Below, one piece after another: positions 1-7,480 of a DNA stretch of 34,512 bases; position 1 is the first letter of the stretch, and each line of letters begins with the position of its first letter. Source of the DNA: an uncultured Clostridium sp. Lineage in GTDB: Bacteria > Bacillota > Clostridia > Oscillospirales > CAG-272. The notes under the pieces are model-generated. The model ran no database searches. It worked only from the letters and a program-made list of their open reading frames with translations, and was not told the origin of the DNA. The DNA lies in the NCBI GenBank assembly GCA_964591305.1, contig CAZQAI010000001.1, forward strand, positions 5,965 through 40,476, in the 5' to 3' direction. The position numbers and the translations under genes were made by a program.

Positions 1-522
1 CAGCAGGATGGCCAGCACAAACAAAACCGGCTTTCGGCGTCTGATGGCCCTCACTGCGAGCAGACATATTGAAATGGCAAAGCTCTGCCGGAAAGCGGTC
101 AGGGCAAACGTCATGCTGCCAAGGGTCACATAAAAGAAGAAAGCCTCAAATACATAGTCGGTATTATCATAAATGAACAGGCAGGCACAGCCTACCGATA
201 CCGCAGCCTCCACGATCACCAGCAGCTGCGGATCCGGTGTGATGCAGGTAAGCGCCTTATTAAATATGATATACCCGTATTCCAGCCGATGATTTACTGT
301 GAAAATGTCAGCCCAATTGACCTCGGCTATGCGTTCATACAGACGTTGATAAACCGTGACATCATTGGTGTACTCCCCCTCATAGCCGCGTAGACCCATG
401 ACTAACACGGTGCAAAGCCCGGCAATGGCCAGATATATCCTACGTTTCCGGGCGGTGTCCAGATCACCCATGGCCAGCTTTATGAAGATCAGGCAAGCGA
501 CCAGGACATACCAGACAATCAT
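1..522 (-). CDS. EpsG-family / Wzy-like polysaccharide polymerase, N-terminal 174 codons (rest lies beyond the left edge)
   Basis: Not in the supplied track. I translated the minus frame 522->1 by hand and found no in-frame stop. ATG at 522-520 is preceded by GAGGAAGAGG (complement of 531-540). The product MIVWYVLVACLIFIKLAMGDLDTARKRRIYLAIAGLCTVLVMGLRGYEGEYTNDV... is hydrophobic and multi-TM, resembling EpsG-type polymerases. It lies directly downstream of two glycosyltransferase genes. Confidence 0.7.
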   Translation of the reverse strand, partial: MIVWYVLVACLIFIKLAMGDLDTARKRRIYLAIAGLCTVLVMGLRGYEGEYTNDVTVYQRLYERIAEVNWADIFTVNHRLEYGYIIFNKALTCITPDPQLLVIVEAAVSVGCACLFIYDNTDYVFEAFFFYVTLGSMTFALTAFRQSFAISICLLAVRAIRRRKPVLFVLAILL

Positions 523-551
523 GAATCCATCCTCTTCCTCATTAAATTCGG

Positions 552-1736
552 TCAGGGTGTTACACCCCACAGGCCAAGGTAAGCCGCAAAGCAGGTTTCC
601 CGGTCAAAATCTGCAGCATGGGCGGTGCAGTCCGTCTGCCGGTATGCACCTCTCACCGCATGCAGAGCCTCCCTCAGCATGGCCTCGTTATCATTCTTTG
701 GCACAACTGCGCCGCAATCGGGGGTGAGCATCTCGGGGCTGCCCCCTGTATCAAAGGTGACCACCGGTGTACCGCAGGCAATGGCCTCCATATTAACTGT
801 CGGGTATGTATCCTCCCTGGTGGGATTGAGAAACACATCCGCTTCGGTATATATTCCGGCCAGCGTCTGAGGACTGTCGGTATGAGGCACAGTCACCACT
901 GTGGACGGCAACCGCTTCTTTCCTGCGGGGAGCCCTCCCACCAGCACCAGGCGGCAATCAGGAGGCAGGCGGTCGGCCATATCTATCATGACATCCAGGC
1001 CCTTGCCGTCATTCCAGGTGCTGGCAACCCCCAAAAGGATATGCTGACCCTCCAAGTGAAAGGCCGCTCTGAATTCCGGTGCAGGAGTAGGTCGAAAAAC
1101 GGACAGGTCAATGCCATTCGGAACGACATAAAGGGGGTGGTCGGCCAGGAAGGACCGCTCCACTTGTCTTGCCATCCAGCGGGAGGGCATTACAATATGC
1201 AGATCCAGGCCGGAGGTCAGAGCCCTCTTCCTTTGGAACAGTTCGCGGCTCCTGTCGCAAAACCAACTGTGCTGTCTCCACAATGGACAGCGGCCACAGC
1301 CGTATACATAGCCGTCACAGCCGGCCATGTCATAATGGCAGCAATACCCGGTAAAGGCCCAGCAATCGTGAAATGTCCAGAAGGTCCGGGTCCGGTGCTC
1401 CTTCAGGTAAGACAGGAGCATGTCCAGATTGACATTATGGCCATGCAGATTATGTAGATGAACCGTGTCCGGCCGGATACGGTCGAGATGGTCAATCAGA
1501 CGGCGGGTGGCCTTTACAGAATGGAAGCCATCACGACCGTCTATGCGCGAAGCCAAAGCCCCCGCCTTGACCGAAAGAGTACTCATATACCGGATGCCAT
1601 TCGCATCATCGCTGTGTCCGGAGGTGTACAGGATGCAGTTCTCCACGCCTCTGTCACACAGCATCCGGCTGAGGAACCGGCAAATGCGGCCGGTGCTGCC
1701 TGTGCCGCAGACGGCGTTAATCTGCACAATCTTCAT
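552..1736 (-). CDS. Glycosyltransferase, GT-B fold, family 4-like
   Basis: 394-aa ORF. N-terminus is MKIVQINAVCGTGSTGRI. The C-terminal signature EDTYPTVNMEAIACGTPVVTFDTGGSPE is the E-x7-E region typical of GT4. ATG 1736 directly abuts the stop of the upstream gene. Confidence 0.85.
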   Translation of the reverse strand: MKIVQINAVCGTGSTGRICRFLSRMLCDRGVENCILYTSGHSDDANGIRYMSTLSVKAGALASRIDGRDGFHSVKATRRLIDHLDRIRPDTVHLHNLHGHNVNLDMLLSYLKEHRTRTFWTFHDCWAFTGYCCHYDMAGCDGYVYGCGRCPLWRQHSWFCDRSRELFQRKRALTSGLDLHIVMPSRWMARQVERSFLADHPLYVVPNGIDLSVFRPTPAPEFRAAFHLEGQHILLGVASTWNDGKGLDVMIDMADRLPPDCRLVLVGGLPAGKKRLPSTVVTVPHTDSPQTLAGIYTEADVFLNPTREDTYPTVNMEAIACGTPVVTFDTGGSPEMLTPDCGAVVPKNDNEAMLREALHAVRGAYRQTDCTAHAADFDRETCFAAYLGLWGVTP

Positions 1737-3083
1737 CTAACCGTCCTCCTTGGTGCAGAGGGAATGACCAGCCCGGGTCAACGCTGTTTCCAGAACCTTA
1801 TCCAAGCGGCGTTGCATTTGCTCACTTCCGTGTTTTGACCTGCCACAGTCAAAAGCCCGCGCTCCGTACACATCCAGCAGAGCGGGCTTTGTCAGCACAG
1901 CGTCCAGAGCCTGCCGGATGCCCTCGGTATCAGAGGCACACAAGGCGACACCTTCTGATGCCAGGTACTCCATGGGAGCCACATCCGGCAGACCTATGGC
2001 CAGGATACACTTGCCGGCATGGAGGTAATCGGTTATTTTGGTAGAGAAGGACAGACGACTTATCAAGCCTTCGGGCGGTTTGAGCGCCTCAAGGAACAGA
2101 AGCACATCAGCCTCCCTTTGCAGAGCCAATGCCTGTGTCTGAGAAACAGACATATGAATATGGACATCGCAGCATAGACGGGCACAATCAAGATCTTCCG
2201 GCGGTGTAGCCGTATACACATGAATCTCCACCCGCTTCCCTTCTCGGTTGATCTGCCGGACGGCATCCGACAGGCAGACCAAGGTATCAAAGCGGCCGAT
2301 CAGCAGATTGCCGGTATACAGCAGCTGCAGGGGAGCATGGGGAACGGTCGGTACAAATACCTCCCCCGGAGCATACCGGATCGGTTTTGTCAGAACAGTG
2401 CAGTCCACGCCGAAAAAGGCATCGGCTTCCTGCTTGGTCTTTTCCGATATAGCACAGAAGGCATGGCAGAGCCGGGCAGTCTTTTTCAAGCCATGCCGGT
2501 TGATGCACCTCCACAAAAGGAAGCCGGGTGCACGGATGCCCTGGCGGTAAGTAAAGGTATCGTCCCAGATAAATCCGACGCCTGCCGCTCCCGTCCGTCG
2601 CAGGGCGTAACGCACCATACGGGCCAGGTGGGCATAATTGGACATATCAAAGGCTACGATGTCGGGGTGGAAGCTATCGAGGAATCGGTCGAGAGCCGGC
2701 GTTTTCCACCGTCCGAACAGCCAGGCAAATTCCCTGATGCACTGCCCGGCGTGGTAGCTGCCCGACCGGCGGCCCCGCGTGTAGAGCGTTTCCCCGGCCC
2801 GGCGGCGGGCCTCATCTTCCTCGGTAGGCGTCATGTGCGGTGTCACAAGCCGTCCTGTTTCTGTATGGGGATGGATAAGACTCCGGAGAACCTTCTGCTC
2901 CGACACCTGAAAATAGGCAATGCAGCGGGGGTCGTCAGGCAATTCTTCCCGGATATAGAGACAGGCAAGCTGCTCAGGTGGAAAAGAGGAAAACAGCTCA
3001 AGGAAGGTATTGTCTCCTGTCCTAGATGTAGGACAGAGCACAGAGCAGATCAATATTCTTTTCTCTGACAATTCCTTCTTCAT
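1737..3083 (-). CDS. Glycosyltransferase-like protein, family unassigned (first gene of the glycan operon in this window)
   Basis: 448-aa ORF. The C-terminal half looks GT-B-like (LLYTGNLLIGRF..., ADVLLFLEA..., SFSTKITDYLHAGKCILAIG). The N-terminal half matches nothing I recognise. Stop TAG 1737-1739 is immediately followed by the ATG of the GT4 gene, suggesting translational coupling. Confidence 0.5.
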   Translation of the reverse strand: MKKELSEKRILICSVLCPTSRTGDNTFLELFSSFPPEQLACLYIREELPDDPRCIAYFQVSEQKVLRSLIHPHTETGRLVTPHMTPTEEDEARRRAGETLYTRGRRSGSYHAGQCIREFAWLFGRWKTPALDRFLDSFHPDIVAFDMSNYAHLARMVRYALRRTGAAGVGFIWDDTFTYRQGIRAPGFLLWRCINRHGLKKTARLCHAFCAISEKTKQEADAFFGVDCTVLTKPIRYAPGEVFVPTVPHAPLQLLYTGNLLIGRFDTLVCLSDAVRQINREGKRVEIHVYTATPPEDLDCARLCCDVHIHMSVSQTQALALQREADVLLFLEALKPPEGLISRLSFSTKITDYLHAGKCILAIGLPDVAPMEYLASEGVALCASDTEGIRQALDAVLTKPALLDVYGARAFDCGRSKHGSEQMQRRLDKVLETALTRAGHSLCTKEDG

Positions 3084-3174
3084 CTATACATCTATACCCC
3101 CGTCCCTGCCCCTGCGCAGGGTGTATGCCGACATGTCGTGTATAATGTCTTGCTGATTCGATCCAACCATGCAT

Positions 3175-3203
3175 ATGATACCACATTTCAATCGGGTTGT
3201 CAA
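3175..3203 (-). promoter_or_regulatory. Sigma-A type promoter of the glycosyltransferase operon
   Basis: The minus strand reads cTTGACA-acccgattgaaatgtgg(17 nt)-TATCAT. The -35 is at 3203-3198 and the -10 at 3180-3175, about 90 nt upstream of ATG 3083. Confidence 0.6.
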
Positions 3204-3210
3204 GGCAATC

Positions 3211-3252
3211 AGAGAAAAAAGCGAAAATGGGCGTCACCAGACCGCCCATTTT
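3211..3252 (-). terminator. Rho-independent terminator ending an upstream minus-strand transcript
   Basis: The minus strand reads AAAAUGGGCG-gucugguga-CGCCCAUUUU followed by CGCUUUUUUCUCU. Arms are 3243-3252 and 3224-3233; the U-run is the complement of 3214-3219. It sits immediately upstream of the GT-operon promoter. Confidence 0.65.
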
Positions 3253-3524
3253 GAGTGGCTGTCGCTTAATGCGACAGTCCCAAAATGGTTACAGTTCAGC
3301 TGGGGAACGGAGGAGCGCCCGGGGGCTTCTTGAAAGAAGCCCCCGGGACCCCCCAAAGAACTTTCAATACATTTATGTATTGAATTTATCGTGATGACTT
3401 ATCCGGAAAGCCGGCGTTCATGGCACCCAACATAACCTAAACGCAGTCGCGGGGCCCCTCGCCCCACTCTACAGTAGAAAAGGGAGCGTACTATAGAGGG
3501 TGGCTAAACTGTCACCCAAAATGT
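3214..3524 (-). ncRNA. Candidate structured non-coding RNA or attenuator, class unknown
   Basis: No SD-led ORF on either strand; the longest ATG ORF I read on the minus strand is 15 codons, and the + strand holds only the track's TTG-initiated 65-aa ORF 3197-3394, which lacks an SD. Consecutive hairpins at 3498-3517, 3467-3498, 3451-3465, 3363-3384, 3318-3347 (12-bp GC-rich stem) and 3246-3288, ending in the terminator at 3211-3252. An 11-nt inverted repeat (3247-3257 with 3513-3523, one G.U pair) could close the whole element. The 5' end is uncertain: the candidate promoter is weak (TTGCGA 3549-3544, 17-nt spacer, TGt-GAACAT 3526-3521, or TATAAC 3536-3531). Confidence 0.4.
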
Positions 3525-3555
3525 TCACACGTTATAAAAAAGTTCGCAAAAAAGC

Positions 3556-3584
3556 TTGACAAACAGAGAGAAATAGAGTATAAT
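3556..3584 (+). promoter_or_regulatory. Consensus sigma-A promoter of yceD-rpmF
   Basis: TTGACA (3556-3561), a 17-nt spacer, then TATAAT (3579-3584). Confidence 0.75.
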
Positions 3585-3743
3585 ACCGATGTCGTTTTAA
3601 AGGCACCGCCATGCCTTTCGCAGCTTCCACTTAGTGCTGCGTCGGCGGTATCTGACTGCGTACCTGTGTTGTCAGACAATGCGTGAAAGCATCTTTCGCA
3701 TGAGGAAGCGGTGATTTTATTACGCCCAAAGGAGGAATTCACT

Positions 3744-4340
3744 GTGAATCTGGATCTCAGGCCCATACTTCGTGGGGATGTCACCCGTATTCAGGTGGAT
3801 TTTCTCATTGAACCGGAAGCACCTGCCGGTGTTTCACTGGATGGAGAGGCTCATATTACCGGGGATATCACCAATCAGGGTGGATATATGCGTTTGTGCG
3901 CCGTGGTCTCCGTGCCATACAGCGGAATGTGCGCCCGGTGTCTGACTCCAGTCTCCGGTGTCTTTACTATGCCTTTTGAGCGAACGGTCGTGACTGAGGG
4001 TACGCTGACCGAGGAGCAGGAAGAGGATAATGTGGACGAGTATGTCGTCCTGGAAAACGGGATGCTGGACGTGGATGATGCTGTCCGGGAGGCTTTGATT
4101 CTTTCCTTCCCCATGCGTCTTCTTTGCAACGAGGACTGCCCCGGGCTTTGCCCCATGTGCGGCAAGCCTTTGCGGGATGGGCCATGCGGTTGTGTCCGTA
4201 AGGAAATTGATCCCCGGTGGGCCGTACTGGCTTCTCTCAGATTCGATGATGACAAGATCGACGAGGAAAACGATGACAAGAACGCTGAGGCGGGTGTAAA
4301 GCCGCCTGTCGATCCGTCGGCGGACGGAGCGCTGTCATGA
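3744..4340 (+). CDS. yceD: YceD/DUF177 family protein (large ribosomal RNA/L32-associated)
   Basis: The Cys cluster CNEDCPGLCPMCGKPLRDGPCGC is typical of DUF177. The gene lies immediately upstream of rpmF, as in most bacteria. GTG 3744 is 8 nt after GGAGG (3731-3735); the track ORF starts at the in-frame upstream GTG 3711. It has an unusually long acidic C-terminal tail (DDDKIDEENDDKNAEAG...). Confidence 0.85.
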   Translation: MNLDLRPILRGDVTRIQVDFLIEPEAPAGVSLDGEAHITGDITNQGGYMRLCAVVSVPYSGMCARCLTPVSGVFTMPFERTVVTEGTLTEEQEEDNVDEYVVLENGMLDVDDAVREALILSFPMRLLCNEDCPGLCPMCGKPLRDGPCGCVRKEIDPRWAVLASLRFDDDKIDEENDDKNAEAGVKPPVDPSADGALS

Positions 4341-4456
4341 TCCGCAAACTTTTTTGAATGATACCCGCAAGGGTTGTCAGATAGAGGGACACGCTGTGCC
4401 GGAAGGGTTCCTTCCCACTCTCCGTGTTTCCGCAATGCCCAGGAGGAGGTGTCAAT

Positions 4457-4651
4457 ATGGCAGTACCAAAGTGTAAGGTATCCAAGGCTCGCAGAGATAC
4501 CCGGAGATCGGCCAACAGCAAGCTGTCTGCTACCGGTCTTGTGAAGTGTTCCAATCCCGATTGCAACGAGATGATCAAGCCCCATCGCGTGTGCATGGTG
4601 TGCGGCTTCTACGACGGTAAGAAGGTTCTTGACGTTAAGAAAGACGCCTGA
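4457..4651 (+). CDS. rpmF: 50S ribosomal protein L32 (Zn-ribbon, Cys-containing form)
   Basis: MAVPKCKVSKARRDTRRSAN is a canonical L32 N-terminus. CSNPDC...CMVC supplies four Cys. ATG 4457 follows AGGAGGAGG (4441-4449). The track ORF begins at an in-frame upstream start, 4424. Confidence 0.95.
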   Translation: MAVPKCKVSKARRDTRRSANSKLSATGLVKCSNPDCNEMIKPHRVCMVCGFYDGKKVLDVKKDA

Positions 4652-4711
4652 TGAATAGATTGTCCGTCTCCTGCCGGCTGCCTTGCTGTCAGGGGTGGAA
4701 ATCGGGACAAC

Positions 4712-4756
4712 AAAAGGATGCCCCGTTCCCTTGCGGACGGTGGGTGTCCTTTTTTG
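4712..4756 (+). terminator. Rho-independent terminator after rpmF
   Basis: An imperfect GC-rich hairpin (AAGGAUGCCCC...GGGUGUCCUU) is followed by TTTTTT at 4750-4755. Confidence 0.6.
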
Positions 4757-4891
4757 TGTATACAACTCCCATGACTGCCCGGCCGCCTGACCAGCATCAC
4801 CATACCCGACAGTGTGACCCGCTTCAAATGATTGCGTTCGAGGGGTCTGGGCTGCAATCCGAAAAAGACGCCGCAATTTACAGACTTTCAC

Positions 4892-4920
4892 TTTACTTTT
4901 CCGTGAAAATATGCTATACT
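4892..4920 (+). promoter_or_regulatory. Putative promoter of the hexuronate operon
   Basis: TTTACT (4892-4897), a 17-nt spacer, then an extended -10, TGc-TATACT (4912-4920). It lies about 75 nt upstream of uxaC. Confidence 0.45.
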
Positions 4921-4993
4921 CTGCCCATAGACACTATGTCCCGTTTCCATGCGAACGCTGTGTCCCGTGATGTATAGGAAAGGAATGTATCAT

Positions 4994-6325
4994 ATGAACA
5001 CCTTTTTCGGAGACTCCGTGCTGTTGTCCACCCCTGCCGCCGTCCATCTGTACGGGCAGGTAAAGGATCTGCCCATCATCGACTACCACTGCCACCTGAA
5101 TGAACGGGAGATCAGCCAGAACCGCCGCTTCGCCGATCTGGGAGAGCTATGGCTGGGCGGCGACCACTACAAGTGGCGTGCCATGCGCCTATGCGGGGTG
5201 GAAGAGCGGTATATAACCGGTGACGCCAGTTATAAAGAGAAATTTCTGAAATATGCAGACATATTCCCCCGCCTGTGCGGGAATCCCTTGTACTATTGGA
5301 CGCAGCTGGAGCTGTCTATGCTCTTTGACATCCGTCTACCTCTGGGGCCGGACACCGCCGAATCCATCTGGGAAACAGCCAACCGAGCCCTGTCCGGCAT
5401 GACGGTGCGTGACATGCTGGCCCGCTTCCGGGTGCACTATGTGGCTACCACCGATGACCCAACCTCGTCCCTGTCCTTCCACGGCCGATACGGGGCCACC
5501 GATGTCTGTCCGACCTTCCGCCCGGATCGCATGCTGTCCCTGGATACGTCCGCTCTTGATGAGCTGGCCGCTGTCAGCGGCATCCCGGCCGACACGCTTG
5601 ACGGATGGAAGGCCGCCATGGCTGGCCGTCTTGACTGTTTCTGTGCCCACGGCTGCCGCATATCTGACCACGGCATGGATTACTTACCTGTCGCCGACTG
5701 CGGCGTGGAAACAGCCCGCATGTTATACGCCCGCCGTGTGTCGCTGACCCCCGATGAGCGGCAGATGCTGACTTCCCATCTTCTGTATCATCTGGCTGGG
5801 CTGTATGCCGACCGGGGGATCGTCATGCAGTTGCACTTTGCCACCTTCCGCAATGTCAACTCCGACATGTTTGGCAAGGTGGGTCGGGACGCCGGCTTTG
5901 ACATCATGCGGGGACAGGTTGACACCGACCGGCTGGCGGTATTTCTGGATACCCTGCACAGCCGGGGACAGCTGCCTCGCACTGTGCTGTACTCCTTGAA
6001 TCCCGTCTGCGTGCCCTCCCTGGCGACGCTGTCGGGCGCTTTTCCCCATGTCCGCATTGGAGCGGCCTGGTGGTTCAACGACACCCTCCGGGGCATCCGA
6101 ACACAACTGGAGACTGTGGCGGAGTACGCCGCTTTGGGCACCAACCTGGGTATGCTGACCGACAGCCGCTCCTTTGCCAGCTATGCGCGATTTGATTTCT
6201 TCCGCCGGATCCTGGCCGACCTGGTGGGTGGCTACGTGGAGCGGGGTGAATATGACCTCGGGCAAGCCGAAAAACTGATGTATGACGTGTGTTACGGCAA
6301 TGTGAAACAATTTCTTGACCTGTGA
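4994..6325 (+). CDS. uxaC: Glucuronate isomerase
   Basis: UxaC hallmarks are present: PIIDYHCHL, GDHYKWRAMR, NPLYYWTQLEL. The likely start is ATG 4994 (MNTFFGD...) after AGGAAAGGA; the track ORF starts at 4949. Confidence 0.93.
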   Translation: MNTFFGDSVLLSTPAAVHLYGQVKDLPIIDYHCHLNEREISQNRRFADLGELWLGGDHYKWRAMRLCGVEERYITGDASYKEKFLKYADIFPRLCGNPLYYWTQLELSMLFDIRLPLGPDTAESIWETANRALSGMTVRDMLARFRVHYVATTDDPTSSLSFHGRYGATDVCPTFRPDRMLSLDTSALDELAAVSGIPADTLDGWKAAMAGRLDCFCAHGCRISDHGMDYLPVADCGVETARMLYARRVSLTPDERQMLTSHLLYHLAGLYADRGIVMQLHFATFRNVNSDMFGKVGRDAGFDIMRGQVDTDRLAVFLDTLHSRGQLPRTVLYSLNPVCVPSLATLSGAFPHVRIGAAWWFNDTLRGIRTQLETVAEYAALGTNLGMLTDSRSFASYARFDFFRRILADLVGGYVERGEYDLGQAEKLMYDVCYGNVKQFLDL

Positions 6326-6377
6326 GGGCCATGAGCCGCACGGTACAAAGACCGAAAGAAAGGCATAATCAACTGAT

Positions 6378-7427
6378 ATGAGTATGAAAATGACATTTCG
6401 TTGGTATGGAGAAAAGGACTCCATCCCGCTGTCCTACATAAGACAAATCCCCGGCATGACCGGGGTGGTCACGGCTGTGTATGACATCCCGGTGGGGGAG
6501 GTGTGGCCGCTTGACCGCATTCTCCGTCTGAAATCCCTGTGCGAAGAGGCAGGCCTTGACATGGAGGTCATAGAGAGCGTCCCCGTTCACGAGGACATTA
6601 AGCTGGGCCGTCCCACCCGTGATCGCTACATAGAAAATTACTGCCGGACCATCGTGAACCTGGGTCAGGCAGGGGTCAAGTGTATCTGCTACAACTTCAT
6701 GCCGGTTTTTGACTGGCTCCGCACCAACCTACACACCCCGGGGGCTGATGGCTCCCATGCCCTTTCCTATTGCCACGAGGAACTGATGGGACTTGACCCC
6801 CACAACCTGCACCTGCCGGGCTGGGATGAATCCTACACCCGAGATGAGCTGGAAACTCTGTTGGGGGCATACAGCGACATGAGCCATGATACGCTGTTTG
6901 ATAATCTGGTATACTTTCTGAATGGCATCATGCCCGCCTGCGAACGGGCAAATATTCACATGGCCATCCACCCGGATGATCCGCCTTGGGATATGTTCGG
7001 CTTGCCCCGCATCATCACTGGGGAGGAAAGCTATAGGCGGCTGTTTGACGCCGTTCCCAATCCCCATAACGGCATCACGCTGTGTACCGGCTCGCTGGGA
7101 GCCGCACGCGAGAATGACATGGTGCATCTGGCGGCTCTGCTGGCTCCCCGCACCTACTTCGCCCATCTGCGGCAGATTCGCTTTTCCGGTGAGCGTGATT
7201 TTTGTGAATGCGGGCATATGACCGATGCCGGCAGTCTGGATATGTATGGAATCGTCAAAGCCTTGTGTGACAATGGATTTTCCGGTTATGTCCGCCCTGA
7301 CCACGGTCGGAACATATGGGGTGAGGATGGCAAACCCGGCTACGGACTGTATGACCGCGCCTTGGGCGCCTGCTACCTGTCCGGGCTGTTTGAAGCGGTA
7401 GAAAAGGACAAAGAAAACCGCTCCTGA
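6378..7427 (+). CDS. uxuA: Mannonate dehydratase
   Basis: M(K)MTFRWYGEKDSIPLSYIRQIPG... is a canonical UxuA N-terminus, and the length is right (349 aa). The start could be 6378, 6384 or 6390. Confidence 0.92.
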   Translation: MSMKMTFRWYGEKDSIPLSYIRQIPGMTGVVTAVYDIPVGEVWPLDRILRLKSLCEEAGLDMEVIESVPVHEDIKLGRPTRDRYIENYCRTIVNLGQAGVKCICYNFMPVFDWLRTNLHTPGADGSHALSYCHEELMGLDPHNLHLPGWDESYTRDELETLLGAYSDMSHDTLFDNLVYFLNGIMPACERANIHMAIHPDDPPWDMFGLPRIITGEESYRRLFDAVPNPHNGITLCTGSLGAARENDMVHLAALLAPRTYFAHLRQIRFSGERDFCECGHMTDAGSLDMYGIVKALCDNGFSGYVRPDHGRNIWGEDGKPGYGLYDRALGACYLSGLFEAVEKDKENRS

Positions 7428-7480
7428 CGGGCCGGCAGCTGTACCTTTTTAATACATGATTTGAAAGGATGGTATCATTC

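Noticed and set aside
618-3068. 279-aa (618-1457) and 282-aa (2220-3068) plus-strand ORFs
   Set aside because: They are antisense to the two glycosyltransferase genes, which have clear family motifs. They are shadow ORFs.
3235-3246. ops/JUMPstart-like GGCGGTCTGGTG on the minus strand upstream of the glycan operon
   Set aside because: Only 6 of 8 positions match the proteobacterial ops core GGCGGTAG. It lies in the terminator loop and stem, and RfaH-type ops elements are not established in Firmicutes. It is probably coincidental.
3875-4891. 338-aa minus-strand ORF
   Set aside because: It overlaps yceD, rpmF and the rpmF terminator on the opposite strand. The product is R/S/P/G-rich and lacks a start context, so it is spurious.
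4909-4914. Single ATATGC copies at other promoters and leaders (uxaC -10 region 4909-4914, GT promoter 3171-3176, regulator leader 20961-20967) as a possible shared regulon motif
   Set aside because: A 6-mer is expected about 17 times in 34.5 kb on both strands, so isolated copies are within chance. Only the cluster at 15689-15802 is statistically notable.
5723-6424. 233-aa minus-strand ORF
   Set aside because: It is antisense to uxaC and the start of uxuA, with no motifs. It is a shadow ORF.
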